Positions 42,224 to 52,411 of a stretch of 64,000 nt of DNA are shown in pieces. Position numbers and translations under genes: made by a program. The stretch is from positions 12,548 to 76,547 of the forward strand of contig CAZJQG010000006.1 of assembly GCA_964548415.1 (NCBI GenBank). Direction: 5' to 3'. The notes below the pieces were generated by a model, which worked only from the letters and a program-made list of their open reading frames with translations, was not told where the DNA came from and searched no databases. Source of the DNA: an uncultured Dehalococcoidales bacterium. Lineage in GTDB: Bacteria; Chloroflexota; Dehalococcoidia; GIF9; UBA5629. Each line of letters starts with the position of its first letter. Position 1 is the stretch's first letter.

Positions 42224-42387
42224 ATCCCCCTTTCTGGTGAATTTTCACAGAAAGCTTCACTCTTGTCAATCGAGTGTTCTAAATGAGCGATAGAACATAG
42301 ATTCTGGTTTCATAGCTGTAGTCATCTAAACGTTTTTCTTATCAGCTACGTTCTACTATAATAGACGCCAGGTCAGAGGTCCTCCTG

Positions 42388-42930
42388 GTGTTAAGTGAAG
42401 AATATTTAGTACAGCAGGCGATAAATGGTAATCAAGCGGCATTTACGCAGCTATATAACCAGAATTTTGATAGGATACATCGATATATCTTTATCAAGGT
42501 ACGAGACCGGGCTCAGGCGGAGGATTTAACACAAGATGTATTCATCAGAGCTCTGGAGTCGATTAATACCTATAAATGGCGAGACCTGCCATTTGCGGCC
42601 TGGTTATTCAAGATCGCTCATAACAGGGTAATTGACCATGTACGTAAGCAGTCGAAAGAAAAAAGGGCCCCACTCGAGGAAGCTTATGCCAGGAGCGTGG
42701 AAGACCCGATACAGATGACAGAAAGGGATTATGAGGTATATCAATTGAAGTTGGCACTTGAACAGTTACCGGAGGCGCAACGAGATGTTGCCACCCTGCG
42801 TTTTATCGGCCAGCTGTCTATAGCGGAGGTGGCCAAGACGCTCGGTAAAAGTGAAGGTACGGTCAAGGCGTTACAGTTCAATGCCACAGCTTCATTGAGG
42901 AAAGCTCTTTACGGAAAATTTGATGTCTAG
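42388..42930 (+). CDS. ECF-type RNA polymerase sigma factor
   Basis: 180 aa with sigma-70 region 2 (DLTQDVFIRALE...WLFKIAHNRVIDHVRK) and region 4 (SIAEVAKTLGKSEGTVKALQFNA). Confidence 0.9.
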   Translation: MLSEEYLVQQAINGNQAAFTQLYNQNFDRIHRYIFIKVRDRAQAEDLTQDVFIRALESINTYKWRDLPFAAWLFKIAHNRVIDHVRKQSKEKRAPLEEAYARSVEDPIQMTERDYEVYQLKLALEQLPEAQRDVATLRFIGQLSIAEVAKTLGKSEGTVKALQFNATASLRKALYGKFDV

Positions 42931-44119
42931 AAATTTAGACGATATATTCAACGAATGTTACGAGCGGATACGCTTCGGCGAAAGCCTCGAAAGCGTCCTC
43001 CGGAGCTACCCGCAGTACCGTTCACAGTTGGAACCTCTGCTCAGAACGACCTTTGATATCGGGCGCAGGGCGTCCTTTATTCAGCCTCGTCCGGAATTCA
43101 GGCACTGGGCCAGGGTGCGCTTCGAATCGGCCATGCAGTACCCGCAGCGGCAGCAGGAGCCGGTTAGAAGGGAAACCCAGGCAGCTTCCATGTGGCTGCG
43201 GCACGGCTGGGCTGTGATTGTCAGTGCTGGTATAGTGCTCATGCTAGGTGTTGGAAGCACCATGGCCGCATCGTCACAGGCCATGCCTACGGACCCTCTC
43301 TATGCGTTAAAGCCGCTCACCGAAGATGTGCAGAGAGCCTTTGCCGTATCGCCGGACCGTAAAGCTCAATTTGAAACCGACATCGCCAATATCAGGGCGG
43401 CCGAGTTACAGGCTATGGCTGATGCCGGCAATGCCCAGGAGGCGGCCAAGGCAGCCCAGAGATATGACGACCAGTTCGAAAAGGCGGTACAGGCTATTTT
43501 AGCTACAGAAGGGACTGAGCCTATAGTTACCAGGCCCCCGGTGGCCACGCCGGTGACCACGCCAACGCCGGTTACACCGACGCCTGTGGTTACTCCACCT
43601 GTCGAGGTACCCACACCTGTAGTTACAAGTACCGATAACGGTACGGCGGGTGAAAATGCAGCTACCGAGAATACAACTCAGTCCGGAACTGCCACGCCGC
43701 CTGCTGTTCCCGTAACCTCGGAAAACACCACTCCACCGGATACTCCTGCTGTAACGACAGGTACTGGGGAGCAGCCTACCGCGGTAACCGAGGAGCAACC
43801 GGCGGTAACTGAAGAGCAGCCGGCTACAACTACCTCCGGTAGTACTCAGTCTTCCAAGGCCCAGGAGTTGAGGGACAGGCTGAACCGCCAGAAATCCACA
43901 GTCGAGCAGTCCTTAAAGGACGCCCGGGAGAAGGCATCACATCAAGATAAATCGAACTGGCAGGACACCATCGACAAAGTATCGAAGAAGACTGCCACCC
44001 GGACTACGTCAGAGCAAAGCGATAGCTCCAATCAGACCACCATTCAGACGGACAACAAGACTGTACCCAATACCGGTTCGGACAAGAACAGACCTTCCTC
44101 TTCAAATCGGCATCGCTAA
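42920..44119 (+). CDS. Putative anti-sigma factor (single TM, DUF5667-like extracytoplasmic helical domain, Pro/Thr-rich linker)
   Basis: 11-nt overlap with the sigma gene. TM helix (WAVIVSAGIVLMLGVG), helical domain, then a PVTTPTPVTPTPVVTPP low-complexity stretch. Confidence 0.6.
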   Translation: MMSRNLDDIFNECYERIRFGESLESVLRSYPQYRSQLEPLLRTTFDIGRRASFIQPRPEFRHWARVRFESAMQYPQRQQEPVRRETQAASMWLRHGWAVIVSAGIVLMLGVGSTMAASSQAMPTDPLYALKPLTEDVQRAFAVSPDRKAQFETDIANIRAAELQAMADAGNAQEAAKAAQRYDDQFEKAVQAILATEGTEPIVTRPPVATPVTTPTPVTPTPVVTPPVEVPTPVVTSTDNGTAGENAATENTTQSGTATPPAVPVTSENTTPPDTPAVTTGTGEQPTAVTEEQPAVTEEQPATTTSGSTQSSKAQELRDRLNRQKSTVEQSLKDAREKASHQDKSNWQDTIDKVSKKTATRTTSEQSDSSNQTTIQTDNKTVPNTGSDKNRPSSSNRHR

Positions 44120-44209
44120 GGATATGCCACCCGCCCAGTAGACCATCACGCCATTATCTCTATAGTGGGGATATTTTTTATCCCCTATTAAAAGTGGCTG
44201 CCAAACCCA

Positions 44210-44237
44210 TTGACAAAGGTCCATTAGCTGTTATAAT
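44210..44237 (+). promoter_or_regulatory. Promoter of paralog 1
   Basis: CCATTGACA-16 nt-TGtTATAAT (extended -10). Confidence 0.55.
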
Positions 44238-44306
44238 GCCATAAGTCCCTTTGCACACGCGCCTTTAGCGCGCGCAATAAATCCTAGAAAGGAATTAATC
44301 ACCGTC

Positions 44307-46442
44307 ATGGCAGCAAAAAGAAAACTCATAGCGCTTACAACCATAATTTTACTGACATTAATGGTAATACCTTTTTCATTGGTTAATACTGTTAGAGCCG
44401 ATTCACTTCAGTCCGACGTCTGGGTATCACCCGCTCCGCTGGGCAGTGACAGCAATCCGGGTACGAAAGCCCAGCCCTTCGCCACCATCCAGTATGGCAT
44501 CGACCATGTAGCGTCGCAAGGCACGGTGCATATCGCACCTGGCACCTATAAGGAAAACCTGATGATAACAAGCGATGTTTGGCTGGAAGGCGCCGACGCT
44601 CGTTCCACCATTGTCGATGGTGGTGGTTTAGGTACGGTAATCGTCACCGCCGCTGGAAACGAATATATAATATCCGGGCTTACCATCCAGAACGGATTGG
44701 GCTCGGTAACTACGGACGCGAATAACAATCAGTTGCCGTATGCCGGCATGAACCTGCCGTTTTCTCAGCAGTCACCGCAACAAATCCCGGTGATAGGTGC
44801 AGGCGGTGGCATTTTTATCGCTGAAGACAGCTTGGTCGACATATTTCAATGTGTCATAAAGAACAACGAGGCCTACGTTGGCGGCGGCGTCTGTAATACG
44901 GGTATTCTGTTCATGGGAGCCTGCACAGTCAGCGGCAACACCGCCTATGGTGGTGGCGCCGGCATCTTCAACGCCATACCGTTTGATGGAACCGGCGTCC
45001 GGGAAAACCAGATTGGAGGCATAGCATTTATTTTTGAATGCACTGTAAGCGGCAACACGATTCCCGCTAATACGGAGGTACCCGCTGTCGGAGCCGGCAT
45101 CCTTAACGATGGCGAGATGCTGGTATTTGACTGCACGATAGCCCACAACACAGCGGTTAATCCCGATACGTATGGCGGTGGATTCTATAATGCGATTGAA
45201 GCTTATTTTGGGGGTACGATCGTAGCCAATAATACGGCCGGTACCGGAAACAATGGTTACAATGCGGAAGGGGAGATAATTTCGGGGGGATATAACCTCG
45301 ACAGCGAGGATAGCTGCGGCTTCGATGAAGAAACTGACCTGGTAAATACTGATCCCGTACTTGGTCCGCTTCAGGACAACGGCGGACCTACTCCCACCCA
45401 TGCTCTACATCACGGCAGTCCGGCGATTGATAGCGAATCGTGCTTGCTTACCTTTTTCTTCTTTCTAGGGGCGCAGGCACAGGGACTCGTCAGCCCCGGA
45501 GAGGTTAGTGCCTTAGAGAATAAAGTAAATGAGTTCTTCCCCGAGAACACGGACCAACGCGGCGTTCCGCGACCGCAGGGCGAAGACTGCGATAGAGGTG
45601 CCTATGAGCTGGCTCAGGCTTCCGTAGCATCGGCGACAAATCAAGGAACCGTGTATTTTTCTACCGTTAACGGATACATAACCGACCTGACTGCACTGAG
45701 CGAATCGGAAACTGGATGCGGACCAAACGCTAATTTTAACTTCCCTTACGGTCTGTTCTCCTTCAACGTAACCGATATAACTCCCGGCTCCACAGCCACT
45801 ATCGTCATCATATTGCCGGGAAACGTCCCCACCGGCACGCAGTACTGGAAGTGCCTTAACGGCGGTTGGGTAAATTGCAGCTCGCTGCTGGGAAGCAATG
45901 ACGGCGATAGCGTGCTGACGTTAACCATCACCGATGGCAGTTTGGGCGACCGGGACAATTCCGCTAACGGTACCATATCCGACCCGGGAGGCCCGGTCTG
46001 GTTCGGAGCGCCGTCGGAACTCAAGGTTTCCCCGGCAATGTCGCGCCCGCTTAACGCTTCCCAGATGTCGGTTCAATACCTTAGCGTTAACCCTCGGCAG
46101 GCAGCCAATAACAGCCCCGTAACCATTTCCGCCAACGTAGTCAACACCGGCGACCAGGGTGGGAATATGAGCGTTGCTTTAAAGATTAACGGCGTGGTGG
46201 AACAGACCAGGATGGTCAGCGTCGGCCCACAGGCCTCCCAGCCGATAAAATTCACCGTATCCAGGTCTGAGCCCGGCACTTATTCCATCGATATTGGCGG
46301 CCAGACCGGCAGCTTCACCATACCTGATAAACAGACCGCAAACAACCCGCCTGTTAACTGGACCATGATTGCCTTCCTGATTATGGCTGTCCTGGCCATA
46401 GCCGTTGCCATGGTACTGATTCTTCACCGAAGGTCTGCCTGA
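44307..46442 (+). CDS. Secreted beta-helix/CARDB surface protein, paralog 1 of 5 (longest; extra inserted domain)
   Basis: Signal peptide. N-module [29 protein letters not shown]...GTVHIAPGTYKENL. PbH1-like turns (CTVSGNT). [16 protein letters not shown]...[17 protein letters not shown] module. About 170-aa insert. CARDB-like domain. TM plus HRRSA end. Confidence 0.85.
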   Translation: MAAKRKLIALTTIILLTLMVIPFSLVNTVRADSLQSDVWVSPAPLGSDSNPGTKAQPFATIQYGIDHVASQGTVHIAPGTYKENLMITSDVWLEGADARSTIVDGGGLGTVIVTAAGNEYIISGLTIQNGLGSVTTDANNNQLPYAGMNLPFSQQSPQQIPVIGAGGGIFIAEDSLVDIFQCVIKNNEAYVGGGVCNTGILFMGACTVSGNTAYGGGAGIFNAIPFDGTGVRENQIGGIAFIFECTVSGNTIPANTEVPAVGAGILNDGEMLVFDCTIAHNTAVNPDTYGGGFYNAIEAYFGGTIVANNTAGTGNNGYNAEGEIISGGYNLDSEDSCGFDEETDLVNTDPVLGPLQDNGGPTPTHALHHGSPAIDSESCLLTFFFFLGAQAQGLVSPGEVSALENKVNEFFPENTDQRGVPRPQGEDCDRGAYELAQASVASATNQGTVYFSTVNGYITDLTALSESETGCGPNANFNFPYGLFSFNVTDITPGSTATIVIILPGNVPTGTQYWKCLNGGWVNCSSLLGSNDGDSVLTLTITDGSLGDRDNSANGTISDPGGPVWFGAPSELKVSPAMSRPLNASQMSVQYLSVNPRQAANNSPVTISANVVNTGDQGGNMSVALKINGVVEQTRMVSVGPQASQPIKFTVSRSEPGTYSIDIGGQTGSFTIPDKQTANNPPVNWTMIAFLIMAVLAIAVAMVLILHRRSA

Positions 46443-46465
46443 AAAAAGCTCCACGGATGAACCGG

Positions 46466-46493
46466 AAGGGGACACGCATGGTGTCCCCTTTCT
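46466..46493 (+). terminator. Rho-independent terminator after paralog 1
   Basis: AAGGGGACAC-gcatg-GTGTCCCCTT followed by a T-rich stretch. Confidence 0.7.
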
Positions 46494-46528
46494 CGTCCCT
46501 ATATATCTGGCGGGCACGCTGCTACCCA

Positions 46529-46556
46529 TTGACAAGCTAAAGCATCCTGATATAAT
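46529..46556 (+). promoter_or_regulatory. Promoter of paralog 2
   Basis: CCATTGACAAG-...-ATCCTGaTATAAT, with a 16-nt spacer and an extended -10. Confidence 0.6.
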
Positions 46557-46620
46557 TCGTTAAGGACAATCACGGACTACCGCGTGGAAAAGCGGCAATA
46601 TACAGCTTAGGAGGTCTATC

Positions 46621-48372
46621 ATGGTCAAGGCGAATCGAATCATCTTGGTAGTAGCAGTTCTTTTGTTAGTGGCGCTTGCAATCCCGCTTTCACTATCAAA
46701 TTCTGCAGGGGCAAATAACTGCCCATCCAGCGTTTACGTGGCACCGCCGCCGTTCGGCGACGACGCCAATCCCGGCACCCAAGCTCAACCCTTCGCCACC
46801 ATCCAGCAGGGGATAGATGTAGTATGTGATGAAGGGACGGTGTACGTGGCGGCTGGTACGTACTTTGAGCATCTATCTATCAACTTCGCGGTCAACCTGG
46901 TTGGCGCCGGTGCCCCGGTCACTATTATCGATGGTGGGGCCATTGCTACCAATATCGCGATTGGCGGCTCGGTAATTACCATATCCAGCGCACCCGATGA
47001 GGTAAACGTAATCTCCGGCTTCACCATTCAGAATGGTAACGCAGTGCTCACACCCCTGAACCCCGGTACAGAGCAGGTACTTTATGCCGGAATTAAATTG
47101 CCTTCTATCCAGAGGTTGCCACAGTTGATAGACGACGGATCTGATTGCGGCGGCGGAATTTTTATATATGACACCCATATCGTAACTCTCAATGATTGTA
47201 CCATCAGAAATAATACGGCTTTCGACGGCGGAGGTATATGTAACCATGGCCAGCTGACCATGAACCGGTGCACCGTCAGCGGCAACAAAGCTTTATTCTC
47301 CGGCGGCGGCATATATAACGAAGTTGGTTTCATGCCGGATACCGGAGTTATGACGCTGACGAACTGCACTATCAGCGGAAACCAGGCCTTGGGAGCCCTA
47401 CCCCTGGGCACCGATGCGGCCCCAGAGCCGAGAATGGCCTTAGGAGGCGGCATATTTAATGGCACAAACGCCACTATGCACCTGTTGAACGTAACCATAG
47501 CTAACAATTCCGCGCTCGGTTCATCTTCCCATGGTGGCGGTTTTGCCAACGGATCTTTGCGCACCGGTTATTTTAAAAATACCATCGTGGCTAACAATGT
47601 TGCCGGCGACGGCGTCACCAATAACGGGTACGATATTGGATTCGGCACCGGGATTCACTCACTGGGCCATAACCTTGATAGCGAGAACACCTGTGGTTTC
47701 GACCAGCCTACAGATCTGATTAATACCAACCCGCTGCTCGGCCCGCTCCAGGACAACGGCGGACCCACCTTTACTTGCGCACTGCTCGAGGGCAGCCCCG
47801 CTATTGACGCAGGTGATGACGCCGGAGCTCCAGCCACCGACCAGCGCGGCGTTACCAGGCCCCAGGGCGCACACGTCGATATCGGCGCTTATGAGTTCGT
47901 ACCGGTAGTAACACCAGAAGCAGGCGGGCCCGCCCAGTTTAACGTCTCCCCTTCCAATCCTAATAACTGGACCAGAAACCTCAATCCGCCCACTATGTCA
48001 GTGGCCTTCGTCAGCGTTAATCCACAGCAGGCAGTGGCCGATCAACCGGTCACCATCTCAACTAACGTGGTCAACACCGGCGACCAGGGCGGCAACATGA
48101 GCGTCGCACTTAAGATTAACGGCATAGTGGAACAAACCAGGATGGTCAGCGTCGGTCCTCAGGCTTCCCAGCCCATTAAATTTACTGTAACCAAGGCTCA
48201 ACCGGGCACTTACGCCATAGATATCGGCGGCCAGACCGGAAGCTTCACCATACCTGATGCACAGGCTGCAAATAGGCTGTCAATTAACTGGACGATGATT
48301 ATACTTCTCATTATGGCCGTCCTGGCGATAGCCATAGTAATGGTCTTGATGCTTAACCGCCGTTCGGCTTAA
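46621..48372 (+). CDS. Secreted beta-helix/CARDB surface protein, paralog 2
   Basis: Same architecture as paralog 1: signal peptide ending ..[56 protein letters not shown] turns, [28 protein letters not shown]...[24 protein letters not shown]-like domain, TM plus NRRSA. Confidence 0.88.
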   Translation: MVKANRIILVVAVLLLVALAIPLSLSNSAGANNCPSSVYVAPPPFGDDANPGTQAQPFATIQQGIDVVCDEGTVYVAAGTYFEHLSINFAVNLVGAGAPVTIIDGGAIATNIAIGGSVITISSAPDEVNVISGFTIQNGNAVLTPLNPGTEQVLYAGIKLPSIQRLPQLIDDGSDCGGGIFIYDTHIVTLNDCTIRNNTAFDGGGICNHGQLTMNRCTVSGNKALFSGGGIYNEVGFMPDTGVMTLTNCTISGNQALGALPLGTDAAPEPRMALGGGIFNGTNATMHLLNVTIANNSALGSSSHGGGFANGSLRTGYFKNTIVANNVAGDGVTNNGYDIGFGTGIHSLGHNLDSENTCGFDQPTDLINTNPLLGPLQDNGGPTFTCALLEGSPAIDAGDDAGAPATDQRGVTRPQGAHVDIGAYEFVPVVTPEAGGPAQFNVSPSNPNNWTRNLNPPTMSVAFVSVNPQQAVADQPVTISTNVVNTGDQGGNMSVALKINGIVEQTRMVSVGPQASQPIKFTVTKAQPGTYAIDIGGQTGSFTIPDAQAANRLSINWTMIILLIMAVLAIAIVMVLMLNRRSA

Positions 48373-48392
48373 AATCAGCTCTGTAACAATCA

Positions 48393-48427
48393 AAAAGGGG
48401 ACTTTACACTGGAGTCCCCTTTTTTAT
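48393..48427 (+). terminator. Rho-independent terminator after paralog 2
   Basis: GGGGACT-9 nt loop-AGTCCCC followed by TTTTTTATTTTT. Confidence 0.7.
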
Positions 48428-48463
48428 TTTTCGAAAACTTCAAAATAGTTGACAGCCGGGCTA

Positions 48464-48491
48464 TTGACAAACTGACACCGGATGTTATACT
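48464..48491 (+). promoter_or_regulatory. Promoter of paralog 3
   Basis: TTGACA-16 nt-TGtTATACT. A second TTGACA lies at 48449-48454. Confidence 0.5.
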
Positions 48492-48560
48492 GGTTTCCGA
48501 CATCTATTAACTTTGCGCCTATAGGGCCGAAGGAGAAGTCCCCAAACACGGAGGTTAGCA

Positions 48561-50303
48561 ATGATTAAAGCAGGCAAAGCGTTCTCTCTCACGACAGTCC
48601 TACTATTGCTGGTACTGGCACTGGCTTTATCGCCTTCATATGTATCGGCTAATAGCTGCCAGAGCGAAGTATATGTGGCTCCGCCACCGGTGGGCAATGA
48701 CGCCAATCCCGGCACCCAAGCTCAACCCTTCGCCACCATCCAGCACGGGATAGATATGGTCTGCGACGATGGCACCGTCTTCGTGGCTAACGGAACTTAC
48801 CATGAAAATCTTGAAATCTGTAAGAGTTTGACCATGATCGGTGCCGGCGCACCGACAACCATCATTGACGGTGGAGGAATCGGACGCGTCATCCACATTG
48901 ATGGCTGTCCGGGCAATGAATCAGAGCAAGGAATTAACACCGCTGCCCAAAGCAATGTAATTTCTAACTTTACCATCCAGAACGGTCGCATAAATTGGGG
49001 ATGCTCAGGAATGCCGGTGGGAGGCGGCGTCTACGTGACCATGGGACACATTGTCACCATGAATGACTGCACCATAAAGAACAATGTGGCCGAGTTCCTG
49101 GGAGGGGGCATATACAATGCCGGGCAAATGGCGCTAAACAGGTGTACGGTGAGTGGTAACTCTGCCGGCATGGTCGGCGGCGGCATTGCTAACTTTTGGG
49201 ACGAACCGATACTGGACAGCGACGGCACCATGTCGTTGACCAACTGCACCATCTACGGGAACAATGTTTTTCAGGCAGAGCCAGCAGGCGCTGCGCCCGA
49301 ATTTGCTGTATCCCTGGCACTGGGTGGGGGTGTATACAATGGCGGCAACGCCAGCTTTTTGAATGTGACCATAGCTAACAACACTATATCCCAAATCACT
49401 GTAGACGGTAATCCCGCACCTGAAATTCTGAGTCTCCCAGTACCTCATGGTGGCGGCTTCGCCAACGTACCACTTCAGTGCGAGCAGGATAACGGACCTA
49501 TTGTTCATACGCCTGTGGCGACTTTCAAAAATACAATTGTGGCCAATAATACCCCTGAAAACGGTTATAGCAGCGGCGGAATCGTTATTTCGGAGGGCCA
49601 TAACCTTGATAGCGAGAACACCTGTGGTTTCGACCAGCCTACAGATCTGATTAATACCAACCCGCTGCTCGGCCCGCTCCAGGACAACGGCGGACCCACC
49701 TTTACTTGCGCACTGCTCGAGGGCAGCCCCGCTATTGACGCAGGTGATGACGCCGGAGCTCCAGCCACCGACCAGCGCGGCGTTACCAGGCCCCAGGGCG
49801 CACACGTCGATATCGGCGCTTATGAGTTCGTACCGGTAGTAACACCAGAAGCAGGCGGGCCCGCCCAGTTTAACGTCTCCCCTTCCAATCCTAATAACTG
49901 GACCAGAAACCTCAATCCGCCCACTATGTCAGTGGCCTTTGTCAGCGTCAATCCTCAACAGGCAGTGGCCAATCAGCCAGTTACCATCTCCACAAACGTG
50001 GTCAATACAGGCGACCAGGGCGGCAACATGAGCGTCGCCCTTAAGGTCAACGGCGTCGTAGAGCAGACCAGGATGGTCAGCGTCGGCCCTCAGGCCTCCC
50101 AGCCCATTAAATTCACCGTAGCCAGGTCCGAGCCCGGCACCTATGCCATTGATATCGGCGGCCAGACCGGCAGCTTCACCGTACCGGCGACACGGGCCAG
50201 CCGTAGCCTGCCAGTAAACTGGAACATGATTGCCTTCATCCTCATGGCATTGCTGGCGTTCGCCATCGCCATGATACTAATTTTCAACCGAAGGTCTACC
50301 TGA
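48561..50303 (+). CDS. Secreted beta-helix/CARDB surface protein, paralog 3
   Basis: Same architecture as paralog 2. 345 nt are identical to paralog 2 and the 3' part is near-identical to paralog 4. Ends NRRST. Confidence 0.88.
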   Translation: MIKAGKAFSLTTVLLLLVLALALSPSYVSANSCQSEVYVAPPPVGNDANPGTQAQPFATIQHGIDMVCDDGTVFVANGTYHENLEICKSLTMIGAGAPTTIIDGGGIGRVIHIDGCPGNESEQGINTAAQSNVISNFTIQNGRINWGCSGMPVGGGVYVTMGHIVTMNDCTIKNNVAEFLGGGIYNAGQMALNRCTVSGNSAGMVGGGIANFWDEPILDSDGTMSLTNCTIYGNNVFQAEPAGAAPEFAVSLALGGGVYNGGNASFLNVTIANNTISQITVDGNPAPEILSLPVPHGGGFANVPLQCEQDNGPIVHTPVATFKNTIVANNTPENGYSSGGIVISEGHNLDSENTCGFDQPTDLINTNPLLGPLQDNGGPTFTCALLEGSPAIDAGDDAGAPATDQRGVTRPQGAHVDIGAYEFVPVVTPEAGGPAQFNVSPSNPNNWTRNLNPPTMSVAFVSVNPQQAVANQPVTISTNVVNTGDQGGNMSVALKVNGVVEQTRMVSVGPQASQPIKFTVARSEPGTYAIDIGGQTGSFTVPATRASRSLPVNWNMIAFILMALLAFAIAMILIFNRRST

Positions 50304-50324
50304 AATTATCTAGACAGCCAGTCA

Positions 50325-50356
50325 AAGGGGGGCAAGTAGTACCCCCCTTTTCTTTT
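50325..50356 (+). terminator. Rho-independent terminator after paralog 3
   Basis: AAGGGGGG-9 nt loop-CCCCCCTT followed by TTCTTTTCT. Confidence 0.7.
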
Positions 50357-50386
50357 CTCCAGATTCAGCCTGACTGCGCCCTGCCA

Positions 50387-50414
50387 TTGACAAGACTAAC
50401 TATCCTGATATAAT
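50387..50414 (+). promoter_or_regulatory. Promoter of paralog 4
   Basis: CCATTGACAAG-...-ATCCTGaTATAATTCGTTA, nearly identical to the paralog 2 promoter. Confidence 0.6.
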
Positions 50415-50486
50415 TCGTTACGGATACTATTGGGTTCAATGAAGGGACAGCCTCTACGAGAGTGAGGCGCAACTTAGGAGGTCACT

Positions 50487-52217
50487 ATGGTTAAGACTGT
50501 CAAAGCATGTTCGGTGGTGGTAGTCATGTTGCTGGCAGTTCTGGGGGTGTTTCTTGCACCAGCGCACGTTGTCGGAAATGCGTGCTCTGCAGATGTCTGG
50601 GTGGCTCCCCCGCCATTTGGTAATGATGCCAATCCCGGCGCTCAAACCCAGCCTTTCGCTACCATCCAGAAAGGTATCGATACGGTATGCTGGAATGGCA
50701 CTGTACACGTAGCTGCCGGCACTTACCATGAGAGCCTGCATATTTACGATTCACAGAATTTGTTGGGCGCCGGAGCCCCGACGACAATTATCGAGGGAAA
50801 TGGTGGCACAGTTATCAAAATCATAAGCGCACCTAATTCTACAAACAACATCTCCGGTTTCACCATAAAAAATGGTAACCTAGTATCGAGCTTCTGGGAC
50901 CCGGCTGCAGAACGAGTCCTTTATGCCGGTGTCAAATTACCATCCATAGAGCGGTTACCGCAACTATTCGACATTAGCTACCTCTACGGTGGCGGCATAG
51001 AAATCGGCGATACACATATCGTCACCATCAACGACTGCGTTATCAAGGACAACGAAGCTTCTTATGGTGGCGGTGTCTACAACGAAGGACAGCTTTACAT
51101 GAACCGATGTACCGTGAGCAACAACCGTGTTCAGTTTGATGGAGGCGGCATTCATAATTATTATGCTGGCGTTTATGCCGATAGCGGCAGGATGTGGCTG
51201 ACCAACTGTACAATAAGCAATAACAGCTGTACCACGAACAATTTCGGTAGCCTTGGGAAAGAATTTGCATTTGCCCGAATCTGCTATGCCACAGCTGTAC
51301 TTCAAGGTGGCGGTATTTTCAGTAACGGCACCATGGAGCTGCTTAACTGTACTATCACCAACAACTCGGCTGAAGACTACGGCGGAGGATTTGTCAATAG
51401 CTCACCGGATACAGCCATATTCAAAAACACAATAGTGGCTAATAACACTGCCGGTGACACCAGCACCAACAATTGTTCCAATAGGCCGGGGGCTGTAATC
51501 ACCTCTCTGGGTCATAACCTGGACAGCGAGAATACCTGCCATTTCAACCAGCCTACCGATCTGATAAATACCAACCCGCTTCTCGGCCCACTTCGTGACA
51601 ACGGCGGCCCCACGTTTACCTGCGCACTGCTCGTCGGCAGCCCAGCCATTGACGCCGGCGACGACAGCGGCGCACCGGCCACCGACCAGCGCGGCGTCAG
51701 CAGGCCCCAGGGCGCACACGTCGACATCGGCGCTTTCGAATTGGTCCTTGTAGAAACCCCTGAACTAGGCGGGCCCGCTCACCCGAACGTTTCCCCGCCC
51801 TCTACTAATAACTGGACGCGAAACCTGAGCCCGGCCACGATGTCAGTGGCCTTTGTCAGCGTCAATCCTCAACAGGCAGTGGCCAATCAGCCAGTTACCA
51901 TCTCCACAAACGTGGTCAATACCGGCGACCAGGGCGGCAACATGACCGTCGCCCTTAAGGTCAACGGCGTCGTAGAGCAGACCAGGATGGTCAGCGTGGG
52001 CCCTCAGGCCTCCCAGCCGATTAAATTCACCGTGGCCAGGTCACAACCCGGCACTTATGCAATCGATATCGGCGGCCAGACAGGCAGCTTCATCATACCC
52101 GGTAGCCAGAGCAACCAGGCCGCTCCTATGAATACAGGCATGATTATCTTGCTGGTTATAGCAGTCCTGGCAGTTGCTGTTGTAATGGCCCTGCTGCTAA
52201 GCCGCCGCTCGGCTTAA
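50487..52217 (+). CDS. Secreted beta-helix/CARDB surface protein, paralog 4
   Basis: Same architecture as the other paralogs. Ends SRRSA. Confidence 0.88.
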   Translation: MVKTVKACSVVVVMLLAVLGVFLAPAHVVGNACSADVWVAPPPFGNDANPGAQTQPFATIQKGIDTVCWNGTVHVAAGTYHESLHIYDSQNLLGAGAPTTIIEGNGGTVIKIISAPNSTNNISGFTIKNGNLVSSFWDPAAERVLYAGVKLPSIERLPQLFDISYLYGGGIEIGDTHIVTINDCVIKDNEASYGGGVYNEGQLYMNRCTVSNNRVQFDGGGIHNYYAGVYADSGRMWLTNCTISNNSCTTNNFGSLGKEFAFARICYATAVLQGGGIFSNGTMELLNCTITNNSAEDYGGGFVNSSPDTAIFKNTIVANNTAGDTSTNNCSNRPGAVITSLGHNLDSENTCHFNQPTDLINTNPLLGPLRDNGGPTFTCALLVGSPAIDAGDDSGAPATDQRGVSRPQGAHVDIGAFELVLVETPELGGPAHPNVSPPSTNNWTRNLSPATMSVAFVSVNPQQAVANQPVTISTNVVNTGDQGGNMTVALKVNGVVEQTRMVSVGPQASQPIKFTVARSQPGTYAIDIGGQTGSFIIPGSQSNQAAPMNTGMIILLVIAVLAVAVVMALLLSRRSA

Positions 52218-52241
52218 GATCGAATAAACCGCAAGAAAACA

Positions 52242-52272
52242 GGGGGGCGCCGGTCGCGCCCCCTTCCTTTTT
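52242..52272 (+). terminator. Rho-independent terminator after paralog 4
   Basis: GGGGGCGC-cggtc-GCGCCCCC followed by TTCCTTTTT. Confidence 0.7.
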
Positions 52273-52309
52273 CCACATATGGCTCCGATATTCCATTGCA
52301 GGCAATCCA

Positions 52310-52337
52310 TTGACAAGTCAGGCTATCCTGATATAAT
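52310..52337 (+). promoter_or_regulatory. Promoter of paralog 5
   Basis: CCATTGACAAG-...-ATCCTGaTATAAT with a 16-nt spacer. Confidence 0.6.
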
Positions 52338-52411
52338 GGCCTGGAACAATTCTAAACCCAATTCGTAGCCTACGGGAAAGGAGGCTGATTCTTTAGCTCA
52401 GGAGGTCGGTT

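Noticed and set aside
43366-43798. Antisense ORFs within the Pro/Thr-rich part of the anti-sigma gene.
   Set aside because: They are a low-complexity mirror of the PT-linker coding sequence and carry no independent signals.
44120-52411. Expected ECF-type (AAC...CGT) promoters in front of the five paralogs because of the adjacent ECF sigma/anti-sigma pair.
   Set aside because: Every paralog instead has a near-consensus TTGACA-16 nt-TGnTATAAT promoter. No ECF-like motif was seen in these spacers.
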